From Candidatus Undinarchaeota archaeon (GTDB lineage Archaea > SpSt-1190 > JASMDC01), in the NCBI GenBank assembly GCA_964519305.1, contig CAZFHY010000016.1, positions 32,001 to 96,000 of the forward strand: a stretch of DNA of 64,000 nt, written 5' to 3'. The notes below the pieces were generated by a model. It saw nothing but the letters and a program-made list of their open reading frames with translations. It had not been told where the DNA came from and did not search any database. Within the stretch, counting starts at the first letter, position 1, and the number at the start of each line of letters is the position of its first letter. The translations under genes were made by a program, and so were the position numbers. Below are positions 18,678-28,068 of this stretch, one piece after another.

Positions 18678-20297
18678 TCAGCGAGAGCGGTAGATGAAGT
18701 ACCGGTCCTCGCCGCACCTCTTCACCGTCGTCACGGACGATACGTCACGCCCGAAGAGGACGTTCGGGACCACAGACAAGATATCCTCACGCGTCCCCTG
18801 CTCGCCCGGAGCCAGTATCCGCAGGTCAGGCTCGTCCTTCTTCTCCTGGTCCATCAGCGTCGCGACGATGACGGCCGGACCGGTCCCGACGGGCCCCTGT
18901 ACGTCCAGTCCCGAACCTTCGAACCCTCTGGTCTGATAGTCGGAAGGATCGAGCGCTGTGTAGAACGCTGCATGGACGGGACCCTCGTGTACGTTGCGAG
19001 TGAGCACGACCAGCTCATCCGTCCGTGCAGAAGAGACGGCAGTGGTGATGGCCTCTCCAAGCCCGGCGCGCCAGTTGTAGAGCGAGACCTCCTCGCAGGG
19101 ATACTCGATCAGGTAGCTGTGCATCTCGACCGCGGCCGAGAGGACGATACCGAGGCAGAGGATGGCGATGATGGACCGGTCCTTGCGTGCGAGAGCGAGC
19201 CCCCGGGCGGCAAGGATGTGCACGAGCGGTAGGACGACGATCAACCTCTGATGGCTTGTGACCTGGTCGGTGAGCGACGCAGGCAGCGGCGCGAGAAGTA
19301 ACCAGACGATGAGGAGCGCCGCCTCTGGAGAGCGTCGGCGGACGCGGACGGTCGCCCAGATGCCCGCGAGCGCAAGGAGCGCATGCACGGGGAGGAGAGC
19401 TCGATGGAACGGAGGGATGCCCATCGCATCGCTGTCCACCTGTCTAAAGAGCGGTCCCGAGAGGGTATAGTGGAGGTAGTTACGTGCCGCGCCCGCAACT
19501 GAGAGCAGGTGACCGGGGAGCCCGGAAAGGCCCGGATAGGTGCGCACGAGGTTGTCACGCGCCTGCGGTCCGAACACGGATACCTGCCAGAACCGTGCTT
19601 CCGCGGCCCCGGGCTCGGATACCTGGAACAGGAACGAGGGTAGGACGAGGAGTGTGAAGACGATCACGGCGGGCGCCAGCGCGCGGGACCGGGCGATCCT
19701 TCTTCGATAAGGCCACAGGACCGTGGCGACGAGGAACGGTGCGACGACCTTGCCCACGGCATAGGCGTAGAACAGGAGCGCCGCCGGTACCGCAGCGTAT
19801 ACGAGATGACGGCTCTTCCGCTTCACGAGATAGAGGTGGTAGAGCATCGTCGTCAGCAGGAACGGTACGACGATGGCGTCCGGTGACGACCGGGACAGAT
19901 GGATGTGCATCGGACTGAGAGCGAGGAATAGAGCTACGACGTCCGCCGGCCATGTGCCCCAGACAACTGCCACGAAGGCGTAGGCGGAGGCGATGCCGAG
20001 CATACCGTACATCACGCCCGCGAGCCGGACGGCGTTCTCGCCCAGTCCGGTCGCCATCACGAATGGGACCACTGAGTAGACGGTGAGCGCCGGTTTATAG
20101 TCGCCCCAAGAGCGGAATAGAAGTGGATAGGTGACGCCGTGCGAGTCCTTCCCGGTCAGCAGCACCGAGTACGCGTCGTACCCCTCGTACACGTGATCAT
20201 AGTTGAACCCCGGTGGGACCGCGTCGAGCCAGGCGGTGCGCAGGATGGCGGCCACGATGAGAATGGCCAGCACACGCGCCCGGGGCGGGAGCCTCAT
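18678..20297 (-). CDS. GT-C fold glycosyltransferase (ArnT/PMT, GT39-like)
   Basis: PPGFNYD...GYDAYSVLLTGKDSHG...P; multiple TM helices; GENAVRL. Confidence 0.82.
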   Translation of the reverse strand: MRLPPRARVLAILIVAAILRTAWLDAVPPGFNYDHVYEGYDAYSVLLTGKDSHGVTYPLLFRSWGDYKPALTVYSVVPFVMATGLGENAVRLAGVMYGMLGIASAYAFVAVVWGTWPADVVALFLALSPMHIHLSRSSPDAIVVPFLLTTMLYHLYLVKRKSRHLVYAAVPAALLFYAYAVGKVVAPFLVATVLWPYRRRIARSRALAPAVIVFTLLVLPSFLFQVSEPGAAEARFWQVSVFGPQARDNLVRTYPGLSGLPGHLLSVAGAARNYLHYTLSGPLFRQVDSDAMGIPPFHRALLPVHALLALAGIWATVRVRRRSPEAALLIVWLLLAPLPASLTDQVTSHQRLIVVLPLVHILAARGLALARKDRSIIAILCLGIVLSAAVEMHSYLIEYPCEEVSLYNWRAGLGEAITTAVSSARTDELVVLTRNVHEGPVHAAFYTALDPSDYQTRGFEGSGLDVQGPVGTGPAVIVATLMDQEKKDEPDLRILAPGEQGTREDILSVVPNVLFGRDVSSVTTVKRCGEDRYFIYRSR

Positions 20298-20409
20298 GAC
20301 GTGAGGTGCGCGCTCAACACATAAAAAGGCCATGTCGGCGCCTCGGCCTCACGGTCCCGGCCCACCCGAGCGTAACTTTATATAGGAAACGAACCGCCCA
20401 CGGGGAGCA

Positions 20410-21456
20410 ATGGGCTACGCCAACCCCAAGGTTCAACAGATTCACGACCAGACCGTGATGTTCGCACGGTCGGTCTATTCGGTCTTCATCCTCGGGTTGA
20501 TGACCCAGCTCATGGCAACGTCACGCGGTCTTGCCGACGCACTCTACATGGGCTTCACCTACATGCGCTGGCTGGACGACATCTGCGACGAGTCGCCCAT
20601 GCCCATGGAGGAGAAGCTCGCCCTCCTCGAGGAGAACATCTCCCGGCTCCGGCGCTGGAAGACCGAGGACCTCGACGAGGTCGGCCTCTTCACCCTTCGC
20701 GTCGAGGAACGGTGCGCGTACTTCTTCGTGAAGGACTCGATCCAGGTGCTGAAGGCGCGTGGCATGAGGGACAAGCGTATCGACGAGTATCTGGAGAACT
20801 TCTTCGAGATGATCACGTCCATCGAGGTGGACACCAAGAACCACGGGCGGATCATCCCCTCCAAGGAGTTCTACGAGCACGTCTACTACAAGCGCGCTGG
20901 CGTCGGGTTCATGACCTCGCCCTACCTCACGCTCAACGAACCCTCGGACAACCTCATCAAGGCCTTCGAGTACTTCGGCTACCTCTGGCAGGTCAACAAC
21001 GACAACATCGGTATCGCCAAGGACCTGAACTGCGACATGTACAACATCACCAAGGAGGAGGTCGAGAAGCACAACATCGACTTCGACAGCTTCCGGGGGG
21101 ACTACAACCAGCTGGTCCTGTACCTCGGTCGCGAGACCACCTTCTTCGAGGACCGGGTCAACCTCCTCAAGCGCTGGGGCACCATCGTGAAAGATAACAT
21201 CGGCGATCTGCCCTTCTTCCAGCGGGTCCTCGCGCGACGCGCGGTGAACCTCATGACGCCCGACGACTTCAAGCCGGGATCGACCCACTACGATCTGCTG
21301 ATCGCCATCTACTCGTTCAACAAGGACAAGTACCAATACATGGCCTGGATATCCACCATATTCATGCCCGAGTGGTTCGAGCTGTTCCTGCTACGTCACG
21401 TGATAGGGGTCGGGCCGGCCAGTACTACCGCCACCGACGCGGTCACCACGGCCTGA
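20410..21456 (+). CDS. class I isoprenoid synthase, squalene/phytoene synthase-like
   Basis: YMRWLDDICDE (DDxxD); second motif WQVNNDNIGIAKDL...YNI resembles QLTN..RD..ED...R.YL. Confidence 0.65.
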   Translation: MGYANPKVQQIHDQTVMFARSVYSVFILGLMTQLMATSRGLADALYMGFTYMRWLDDICDESPMPMEEKLALLEENISRLRRWKTEDLDEVGLFTLRVEERCAYFFVKDSIQVLKARGMRDKRIDEYLENFFEMITSIEVDTKNHGRIIPSKEFYEHVYYKRAGVGFMTSPYLTLNEPSDNLIKAFEYFGYLWQVNNDNIGIAKDLNCDMYNITKEEVEKHNIDFDSFRGDYNQLVLYLGRETTFFEDRVNLLKRWGTIVKDNIGDLPFFQRVLARRAVNLMTPDDFKPGSTHYDLLIAIYSFNKDKYQYMAWISTIFMPEWFELFLLRHVIGVGPASTTATDAVTTA

Positions 21457-21463
21457 GCGGTCC

Positions 21464-22123
21464 CTACCGGGGACGGCCCATCCACTTGCCCGGGAACCTG
21501 GCAGCACGCAACAGCTGCACGTGCACCCGGGTGACGAGGGATATCTCGCTGCCCCCTGCGTGGACGCGACCCTTCCGCAGGTGCTCGAGCACATCATCGA
21601 CGCTATCCGCCGACGGGACCTCGGTCCATCCCGCTCCCACCTGGGCCGTGACATGTGCATCGCTCCCGCCGGTGCCCATGAGACCGAGCCGGTGCGCATT
21701 GGTCCGGGCCTCATGGTTGCTCCCGGGGAACAGCGAGGCGTTGAACACCTCGAGCCCGTCAAGGGGTAGCTTTTCAACGAGCGTGCCCAGGCCGTGCTTG
21801 TTGCGGAGGATGCCGGTGAACGGGTGCGGGGCGACGGCCACGCCGCCCTGGTCATGGATCGACTCGATGACCTCTTCTGGTGTTCCCGAGGGGACACTGG
21901 TGACACCGTAGGCGAGGATCTCTCCGACGTGGGTCATGACCTCGACACCGGGGATAATGAGACAAGGACCGTTCACGGGCCGCTTATGGGCCGCCAGCGT
22001 GCCATGGTCGGTGATGGCGATGCCGGCGAGCCCGTGGGCAACAGCAGCGCGGAGTAGGGCGCGTGGATCGTCGACGCCGTCACGGCTGTGACAGGAGTGG
22101 GTATGGAGATCGAGCCGTGGCAT
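21464..22123 (-). CDS. PHP domain protein
   Basis: DLHTHS, AITDH, GVE, APHP, GGSDAH. Confidence 0.92.
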   Translation of the reverse strand: MPRLDLHTHSCHSRDGVDDPRALLRAAVAHGLAGIAITDHGTLAAHKRPVNGPCLIIPGVEVMTHVGEILAYGVTSVPSGTPEEVIESIHDQGGVAVAPHPFTGILRNKHGLGTLVEKLPLDGLEVFNASLFPGSNHEARTNAHRLGLMGTGGSDAHVTAQVGAGWTEVPSADSVDDVLEHLRKGRVHAGGSEISLVTRVHVQLLRAARFPGKWMGRPR

Positions 22124-22159
22124 CCCGGTGTTGGGGATGTTGCGTCGAGGTTAAATACC

Positions 22160-22672
22160 CTACGTCCAGGAGCTGATGGCCTCTTCCATATGGTCGATAT
22201 AGGAACTGATCTCCTCCGCTACGAAGGAGTTGTCGACCATGTCCAGACGATCGCCACAGTCCGGGCAGCTGAACTCCATCTCGAACGCGTTCTCGAACGC
22301 TACACGAGTGCATCCAGTATCACACGTGAACATGTTCTCATGCGTCTCGTTCATCAGCTTCTCCCGTAGCATGTTGATGGTCTGACGCCGTCTCTCCACC
22401 AGGATATGTGACAGCTTGGACTCGTTCAGGCTCCAGATATACATGAGCTTCTCGGTCTTTTCGCACTTCCGCTTCTCGAAGCCCACTACGTTCTTGTCGT
22501 ACAGCCGATAGAGAATGCCCCTTGCCTTGTTCCAGGACAGTCCCATGACCTGTGCCAGATTGAAATCCGAGATCTCGCCTTTGGTCCGTAGGATCCGTAC
22601 TACGTCCAAGGCCTTCAGCCCTCCGATTCCCGTCAGCACCTCTACCAGCATTGGATCAGCAAATATCTCCAT
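22160..22672 (-). CDS. tfe: transcription factor E (TFIIE-alpha homolog)
   Basis: N-terminal wHTH (ARGILYRLYD...YIWSLN); Zn-ribbon C..GC.R..FE.A.E.EFSCPDCG..L. Confidence 0.92.
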   Translation of the reverse strand: MEIFADPMLVEVLTGIGGLKALDVVRILRTKGEISDFNLAQVMGLSWNKARGILYRLYDKNVVGFEKRKCEKTEKLMYIWSLNESKLSHILVERRRQTINMLREKLMNETHENMFTCDTGCTRVAFENAFEMEFSCPDCGDRLDMVDNSFVAEEISSYIDHMEEAISSWT

Positions 22673-22764
22673 ATTAAACCCTCCGTCACTACTCTCCAGT
22701 TGTACATACTATTGTTGGAAGTTGTATATAAAGGTTTCGTTTATTTACCATTCCAGAGTAGTAA

Positions 22765-24138
22765 CTACTTCCGAAGGATCCCCTTGCCAGCAAGGATACC
22801 GGTCGCAGCGGCCCCGACGATGCCTCTTGACACACCTGCACCGTCGCCGGCAACGAACATCCCCTTGAGGGATGTTTCCATGGACGGGCCGACCTTCATG
22901 CGCATGGCGTGGAACTTGACCTCCGGTGCGTAGAGCAGGGTAGCGTCCGAGGCCACGCCCGGTACGGTGTGGTCGAGCATGTCGAGCCCCTCCGTGATCC
23001 CGGTCACGATGCGGCTGGGCAGGGCCATGGAGATGTCGCCCGGTGTCACCGAGTGGAGCGTGGGCCGCACGTAGCTGCGTTCGATCCGGCTCGTGCTGGA
23101 GCGGCGTCCCTTGCGCAGGTCGCCCAGGCGCTGGAGGATGGGCTTACCCCCGCCGATGGTGGAGGCGAGCTTGGCGATAGAGCTGCCGTAGGCGATGGTG
23201 TTCTCCATAGGTTCTGTGAGCCCTATGCGGGTGAGGAAGGCGAAGTTGGTGTTCTGCGAGTGACGGCCGCGCATGGAATGACCGTTGACGAGCACGAAGT
23301 CGTCATGGCGCTCTTCCACGACGTACCCTCCGGGACACGTGCAGAACGTACGCACGAAGTCGTCGTACGTACCGGTGCGGATGTGGAACTTAGGGTCCCA
23401 GTTGATCTCGGTGACGTCGTGCATGATGACCTCGGGCACCTCGACACGTACGCCAACGTCGATGGGATTGTAGGTGACGTCGATACCGAGCGTACGGGCC
23501 TGGTTGTCCAGCCATTTGGCGCCCACGCGTCCGGTGGCTATTAGGAGGTTATCGCACTTGATGGTCGAACCGTCGATCTTGATGCCCTTCACGCGCCCCT
23601 TATCAGCGACGATGTCAGATGCCTCGTTCTTGAGCAGGAAGTCGATCCCGTCGGCCTTGAGCTCGTTCATGAGGTTGGTTATGACCGAGGGCAGGTGGTC
23701 CGAACCGATGTGACGCTGCTTGATGGGGATGAACCTGATGCCGTTCTTTGCCGCGTGCTTGGCGAGCCGGCGGGTGGCGGCCTTGTCGAAGCTGAGCTCG
23801 TCGGGCGCACCGTGGCGGATGAAGACCTTGTCCACCTCGTCGATGAGGCCGTAAGCCTCCTCGTCGGTCTTTGTGAACTCGGTGAGGTCGCCCCCGATAC
23901 GGGGGTCGAGATTGAGCTTCCCGTCGGAGAACAGCCCTGATCCGCCGACCCCGTACATGAGGTCGCAGGAATTACAGTTGTGGCAGAAGCCCTTGTCGAC
24001 CTCCGGGCAGTGGCGTTTGTTGGGTTCCTTACCCCTGTCGACGACCAGTATCTTGAGGCCTTTTCCGGCAAGGGTGTGAGCGGCCAGAAGTCCGCCAGGA
24101 CCGGCACCCACTATCACCACGTCATATGAGCGTGTCAC
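22765..24138 (-). CDS. FAD-dependent oxidoreductase (COG2509-like)
   Basis: VGAGPGG Rossmann; GSGLFSDGKL; VRTFCTCPGG; AGDGAGVSRG. Confidence 0.9.
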   Translation of the reverse strand: MTRSYDVVIVGAGPGGLLAAHTLAGKGLKILVVDRGKEPNKRHCPEVDKGFCHNCNSCDLMYGVGGSGLFSDGKLNLDPRIGGDLTEFTKTDEEAYGLIDEVDKVFIRHGAPDELSFDKAATRRLAKHAAKNGIRFIPIKQRHIGSDHLPSVITNLMNELKADGIDFLLKNEASDIVADKGRVKGIKIDGSTIKCDNLLIATGRVGAKWLDNQARTLGIDVTYNPIDVGVRVEVPEVIMHDVTEINWDPKFHIRTGTYDDFVRTFCTCPGGYVVEERHDDFVLVNGHSMRGRHSQNTNFAFLTRIGLTEPMENTIAYGSSIAKLASTIGGGKPILQRLGDLRKGRRSSTSRIERSYVRPTLHSVTPGDISMALPSRIVTGITEGLDMLDHTVPGVASDATLLYAPEVKFHAMRMKVGPSMETSLKGMFVAGDGAGVSRGIVGAAATGILAGKGILRK

Positions 24139-24240
24139 GGGCCTTCCGTCCCCTCTAAACATTTATTAATGTGCCGGGGACGGCACCGGCCTTCCGCACC
24201 CCGCAGAAAGGTTTAAGACCGTTGGCCCCGAGGCCCTTGG

Positions 24241-24519
24241 ATGACGAAGTCGGGACCTCGGTTCCTGCTCGTTCTGGTGGGAGCGACGGCGATGCTGTAC
24301 GCTCTCGACCGGATCACCGGGATGGACCCGGCGTTCTACCAGAGCGTGCTGTTCCTGTTCGTCCTGACGGCGTCGTCGGCGTACATATTCCTTGGAGGCG
24401 AACGTGATGAAGGAGAAGACGAAGGTACTACTGATCATCTGCGACGGGCTGGGCGGACGTCCGGTGGAGGCACTGGGGGGTCTGACCCCTCTGGAGGTCG
24501 CACGGACGCCGAACCTTGA
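24241..24519 (+). CDS. small two-TM protein, 3' end overlapping apgM
   Basis: TTTAAG about 28 nt upstream of ATG; two hydrophobic helices in first 52 aa. Confidence 0.45.
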   Translation: MTKSGPRFLLVLVGATAMLYALDRITGMDPAFYQSVLFLFVLTASSAYIFLGGERDEGEDEGTTDHLRRAGRTSGGGTGGSDPSGGRTDAEP

Positions 24520-25636
24520 CCGGTTGGCGGCCAACGGTATCAGCGGTCTGATGGACACCATCCGTCCCGGCGTGGTGCCGGGCAGCGACGTGGCCCATCT
24601 GGCCATCCTCGGGTACGATCCTTACGAGGTCTACACGGGGCGCGGGCCGTTCGAGGCAGCCGGAGTGGGCATCGAGCTCAAGGCCGGTGACATAGCGTTC
24701 CGCTGCAACTTCGGTTCCGTGGACGATGCCGGGACCGTGACCGACCGACGCGCGGGAAGGATCAAGGACGCCTCGCCGTTCGATGACGTGCTCGGCGCAA
24801 TAGAGCTCGACGGTGCAACGCTGCAGTTCAAGGCGGGCACCGAGCACCGGGGAGCGTTGGTGCTCAGGGGCGAAGGTCTTTCTGCGGCCGTGGGCCCGCT
24901 CGATCCAAAGAAGGAGGGCAAGCCGCTCAAGGAGTGCAAACCACTGGACGACACTCCCGAGGCCGCCAGGACGGCCAACATCCTCAACCAGTTCTCGGAC
25001 AAGGCGCGCGAGGCGCTCGGGGCCCATCCTCTCAATGAACAGCGTCTTGCCGAGGGCAAGCTGCCCGCCAACGCGCTGCTCATCCGCGGCGCGGGTGTCG
25101 TACCGCACATCCCCGACTTCGAGGAGCGGTTCGAGCTCAAGGCGGCCTGTATCTCGGGCGCTGCCTTCTATGCCGGTATCGCCCGGTCCATGGGCATGGA
25201 CATCGTGAAGGTCAAGGGTGCCACCGGCGGGCTGGACACGGACGTGAGCGTCAAGATAGATGGGGCCTGCAAGCTTCTGGTCAAGGGCTACGACCTGGTG
25301 TTCGTGCACGTCAAGGCGACCGACAACCTCGGCCACGACGGGAAGGCCGTCGAGAAGGCGGAGATGATCGAACGCATCGACGACGCGCTGGACGAAATGC
25401 CCCCCGAGGGGACGCTCATCGTACTGACCGGCGACCACTCGACGCCGTGCGAGATGCGCGACCACTCGGCCGATCCCGTACCCATCGTCATGAGCGGTCC
25501 GGGTGTGCGCCCCGACGCGGTGGACTCGTTCGGGGAGAGGCCTGCAATGGCAGGCGGTCTGGGCCGTCTCAGAGGCATCGAGGTGATACCCACCATCCTG
25601 GGCATTACCGGACGTGCCAAGAAGTACGGTGCCTGA
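24407..25636 (+). CDS. apgM: 2,3-bisphosphoglycerate-independent phosphoglycerate mutase, archaeal type
   Basis: DGLGGRP, TPLEVARTPNLD, PGSDVAHL, GRGPFEA, TGDHSTP, HSADPVP. Confidence 0.95.
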   Translation: MKEKTKVLLIICDGLGGRPVEALGGLTPLEVARTPNLDRLAANGISGLMDTIRPGVVPGSDVAHLAILGYDPYEVYTGRGPFEAAGVGIELKAGDIAFRCNFGSVDDAGTVTDRRAGRIKDASPFDDVLGAIELDGATLQFKAGTEHRGALVLRGEGLSAAVGPLDPKKEGKPLKECKPLDDTPEAARTANILNQFSDKAREALGAHPLNEQRLAEGKLPANALLIRGAGVVPHIPDFEERFELKAACISGAAFYAGIARSMGMDIVKVKGATGGLDTDVSVKIDGACKLLVKGYDLVFVHVKATDNLGHDGKAVEKAEMIERIDDALDEMPPEGTLIVLTGDHSTPCEMRDHSADPVPIVMSGPGVRPDAVDSFGERPAMAGGLGRLRGIEVIPTILGITGRAKKYGA

Positions 25637-25647
25637 GGCGAGAACGC

Positions 25648-26547
25648 GTGCGTATCCTCTACCTCTCCGACATACACGGCAACCTCCTCCTCCTGCGTCG
25701 CGCGCTTGCGATCGCGCAGGAGAAGAAGGCCGACCTGGTGGTGCTCGGCGGCGACCTGTGCTGCCGGCTCGACCTCCACATAGTCGTGTCCGAGGGGGAC
25801 GCGCACGTGCACTTCGACGAGGAGCTGGAGGACGGCGAGGATATCGAGGACCCGCAGGAGGTGGAGAGGTCCCTTTGGGAGCAGGGCATACCATGCATGG
25901 TGGTCGATGTGGAGGAGCTCGAGGCCTTGCAGGAGGAGCTTGCTGATCCCGAACTGGGGGCCGGTTTCTACGACGGGCTCCAGATGCAATCACTGCAATT
26001 GGTGGCCGACGCGATCAATGCATCGCCCGTACCCGTCGTGTGCATACCCGGTAACGATGATCCCGAAGGCACGGACGCCATGCTCAAGAAGCTGAAGGTG
26101 ACCAGCCTCCACGGCCGTACCAAGCGCGTGAAGGGATACACCTTCGTCGGTTTCGGAGGTATCAATTTCACACCATTGCGGACCACCAACCTCGAGTTCG
26201 AGGAGCTGGAGCTGAGAGAACAGATCGTCAAGACGTCGAAGAAGGCCAAGCCGCCTGTCGTGCTCGTCGTCCACGCACCGCCGCTGAACACCAACCTCGA
26301 CGAGGTGCCCTCGGGCAGGCACGTTGGGAGCTCGGGAGTGCGGGACGCGATCAAGGACGTGAAGCCCGTGCTCTCCCTGCACGGCCATATCCACGAATCG
26401 GTTGGGATGGACCGTATAGGTCCGACGATGTGCGTGAACACCGGCAGTTTCTACGAGGACGACCTGCTCTCGGCCGCCGTTATCGAGCTTTCGGGCAAGG
26501 ACGTGAGCGTCAAGTTCCTGTCGGAGGAATGCGAGCCCGGGAAATGA
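25648..26547 (+). CDS. metallophosphoesterase (Icc-related)
   Basis: SDIHGN, GGDL, PGNDD, HAPP, HVGS, HGHIHES. Confidence 0.9.
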   Translation: MRILYLSDIHGNLLLLRRALAIAQEKKADLVVLGGDLCCRLDLHIVVSEGDAHVHFDEELEDGEDIEDPQEVERSLWEQGIPCMVVDVEELEALQEELADPELGAGFYDGLQMQSLQLVADAINASPVPVVCIPGNDDPEGTDAMLKKLKVTSLHGRTKRVKGYTFVGFGGINFTPLRTTNLEFEELELREQIVKTSKKAKPPVVLVVHAPPLNTNLDEVPSGRHVGSSGVRDAIKDVKPVLSLHGHIHESVGMDRIGPTMCVNTGSFYEDDLLSAAVIELSGKDVSVKFLSEECEPGK

Positions 26548-26612
26548 GCCTTCCGGCCGGCAATCCCAAGCTTATTTAAAAGAACAACCTCTTTTGGTTG
26601 GAGGGAGTAGGT

Positions 26613-27332
26613 ATGTCAGGTAGCGTCATCATCATCGACCGGTGCGGGGACATCTCGCTGACCTCGTCCGAGCCTGGGGGCATCTCTGTCATGGTCGAGG
26701 CCCTCCAGAGCAGGGATATCGAGGTCCGTATCTTCCGGGACAGGGAGTTCATCCAGACCGACCTCGACTGCGACTGCGTGTTCATCGCTTATCCCACGGC
26801 GTCCTTCACCGAGACCGAGATAACCGCGCTCCACCGCTACGTCAACGCCGGTGGCGGTCTCTTCCTCATCGGCGAGTGGGGGAACACATCGAACAACACC
26901 AGCATCCTCAACTCTATCGCGGAAAAGTACTCTGTCGCCTTCAATCCCGACCGCATCTGCGATCCGCAGTACTTCATCCGGGACGGTTTCCAGTCCAAGA
27001 TCTACGATGTGAAGGTATTCAACCTGCGCCAGCACCCCATCACCCGCGGTGTGCGCGAGTTCCGCATCGTGGCCGCATGCTCTCTCAACGCCCCGTACGA
27101 CAACGTCATCGCGTGGGCTTCCAAGGCCTCTTTCGGCGACCTCGACTTCGACTCGGAGCAGGACGCCTACGAGGCCGGACAGTACCTGCCCGTAATGGCC
27201 ACCGTTGAGTACGGCCGGGGGCGTGTGGCGTTCATCGGCGACCTGTCGTTCATGTCCAACCAGCACATCCTGAACATGAACAATGGTCAGTTGCTCATGA
27301 ACATCATCCTCTTCCTCATGAAGAAGCTCTAG
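26613..27332 (+). CDS. DUF4350 / GIFT (IFT52/GldG-like) domain protein
   Basis: FT..EI.AL..YV..GGGLFLIGE; HPITRGV; YGRGRVAFIGD; N..LLMNII.FL. Confidence 0.7.
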   Translation: MSGSVIIIDRCGDISLTSSEPGGISVMVEALQSRDIEVRIFRDREFIQTDLDCDCVFIAYPTASFTETEITALHRYVNAGGGLFLIGEWGNTSNNTSILNSIAEKYSVAFNPDRICDPQYFIRDGFQSKIYDVKVFNLRQHPITRGVREFRIVAACSLNAPYDNVIAWASKASFGDLDFDSEQDAYEAGQYLPVMATVEYGRGRVAFIGDLSFMSNQHILNMNNGQLLMNIILFLMKKL

Positions 27333-27342
27333 GCTGGCCGGG

Positions 27343-28068
27343 ATGGAGCTCCTCCTCCTTGGCACGGGCAACGCTTTCACTCCACAGGGCAGACTGTGGT
27401 CGGGAGCGCTCCTCGACGGCCGTCTCCTCCTCGACTGCCCGGCCACCACGCTCCCCCGCCTGCGCGAGCACGGAATAGATCCCTGTTGCATAGATGGCGT
27501 CGTTCTATCGCATGGGCACTTCGACCATATCGCCGGCCTGCCCTTCCTGCTCCTCGAGTACCGCTTCCGGACGCCGCGGGACGGGCCGCTGACAGTGGCC
27601 TGCCATCCGGGGACCTGGGCCGCGGTACAACGCCTCATCGAGCTCTCGTATCCCGGTACGTTCCCTCCCGACTTGCTGGAGGGGCTGTTGCTGCATCATC
27701 CGGGAAAGGAGGGTGCAGTTGCGGGCATCGATTTCCATCGCATGCCGGTCCACCACACGTCGCATCTGCCCTGCTGTGGCTACCGTCTGTCGTGCGGTCC
27801 GACGACGCTCGCCTATACGGGGGATACAGGCCCCGGACCCGAGCTCGACGCCCTTCTTGACGGTGCGGACGTGGCGCTCATCGAGGTGGGCGAGCGCGAA
27901 CCGGTGGGCGGGCACTGCTGCCCGGCGACCATCCGGGAGCTGGCCGGTCGTTTCGGGAGCTGCCGCTTCCTGCTCACCCACGTGCACGAGGACGATGGTG
28001 CTCTGACCTCGCTGGAGGACCTGTCAAACGTCCACCTGCTCAGTGACGGGGAGCGTGTGCAGCTCTAG
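27343..28068 (+). CDS. MBL-fold metallo-hydrolase (RNase Z-like)
   Basis: LLGTG, LLDC, SHGHFDH, YTGDT, LTH. Confidence 0.88.
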   Translation: MELLLLGTGNAFTPQGRLWSGALLDGRLLLDCPATTLPRLREHGIDPCCIDGVVLSHGHFDHIAGLPFLLLEYRFRTPRDGPLTVACHPGTWAAVQRLIELSYPGTFPPDLLEGLLLHHPGKEGAVAGIDFHRMPVHHTSHLPCCGYRLSCGPTTLAYTGDTGPGPELDALLDGADVALIEVGEREPVGGHCCPATIRELAGRFGSCRFLLTHVHEDDGALTSLEDLSNVHLLSDGERVQL

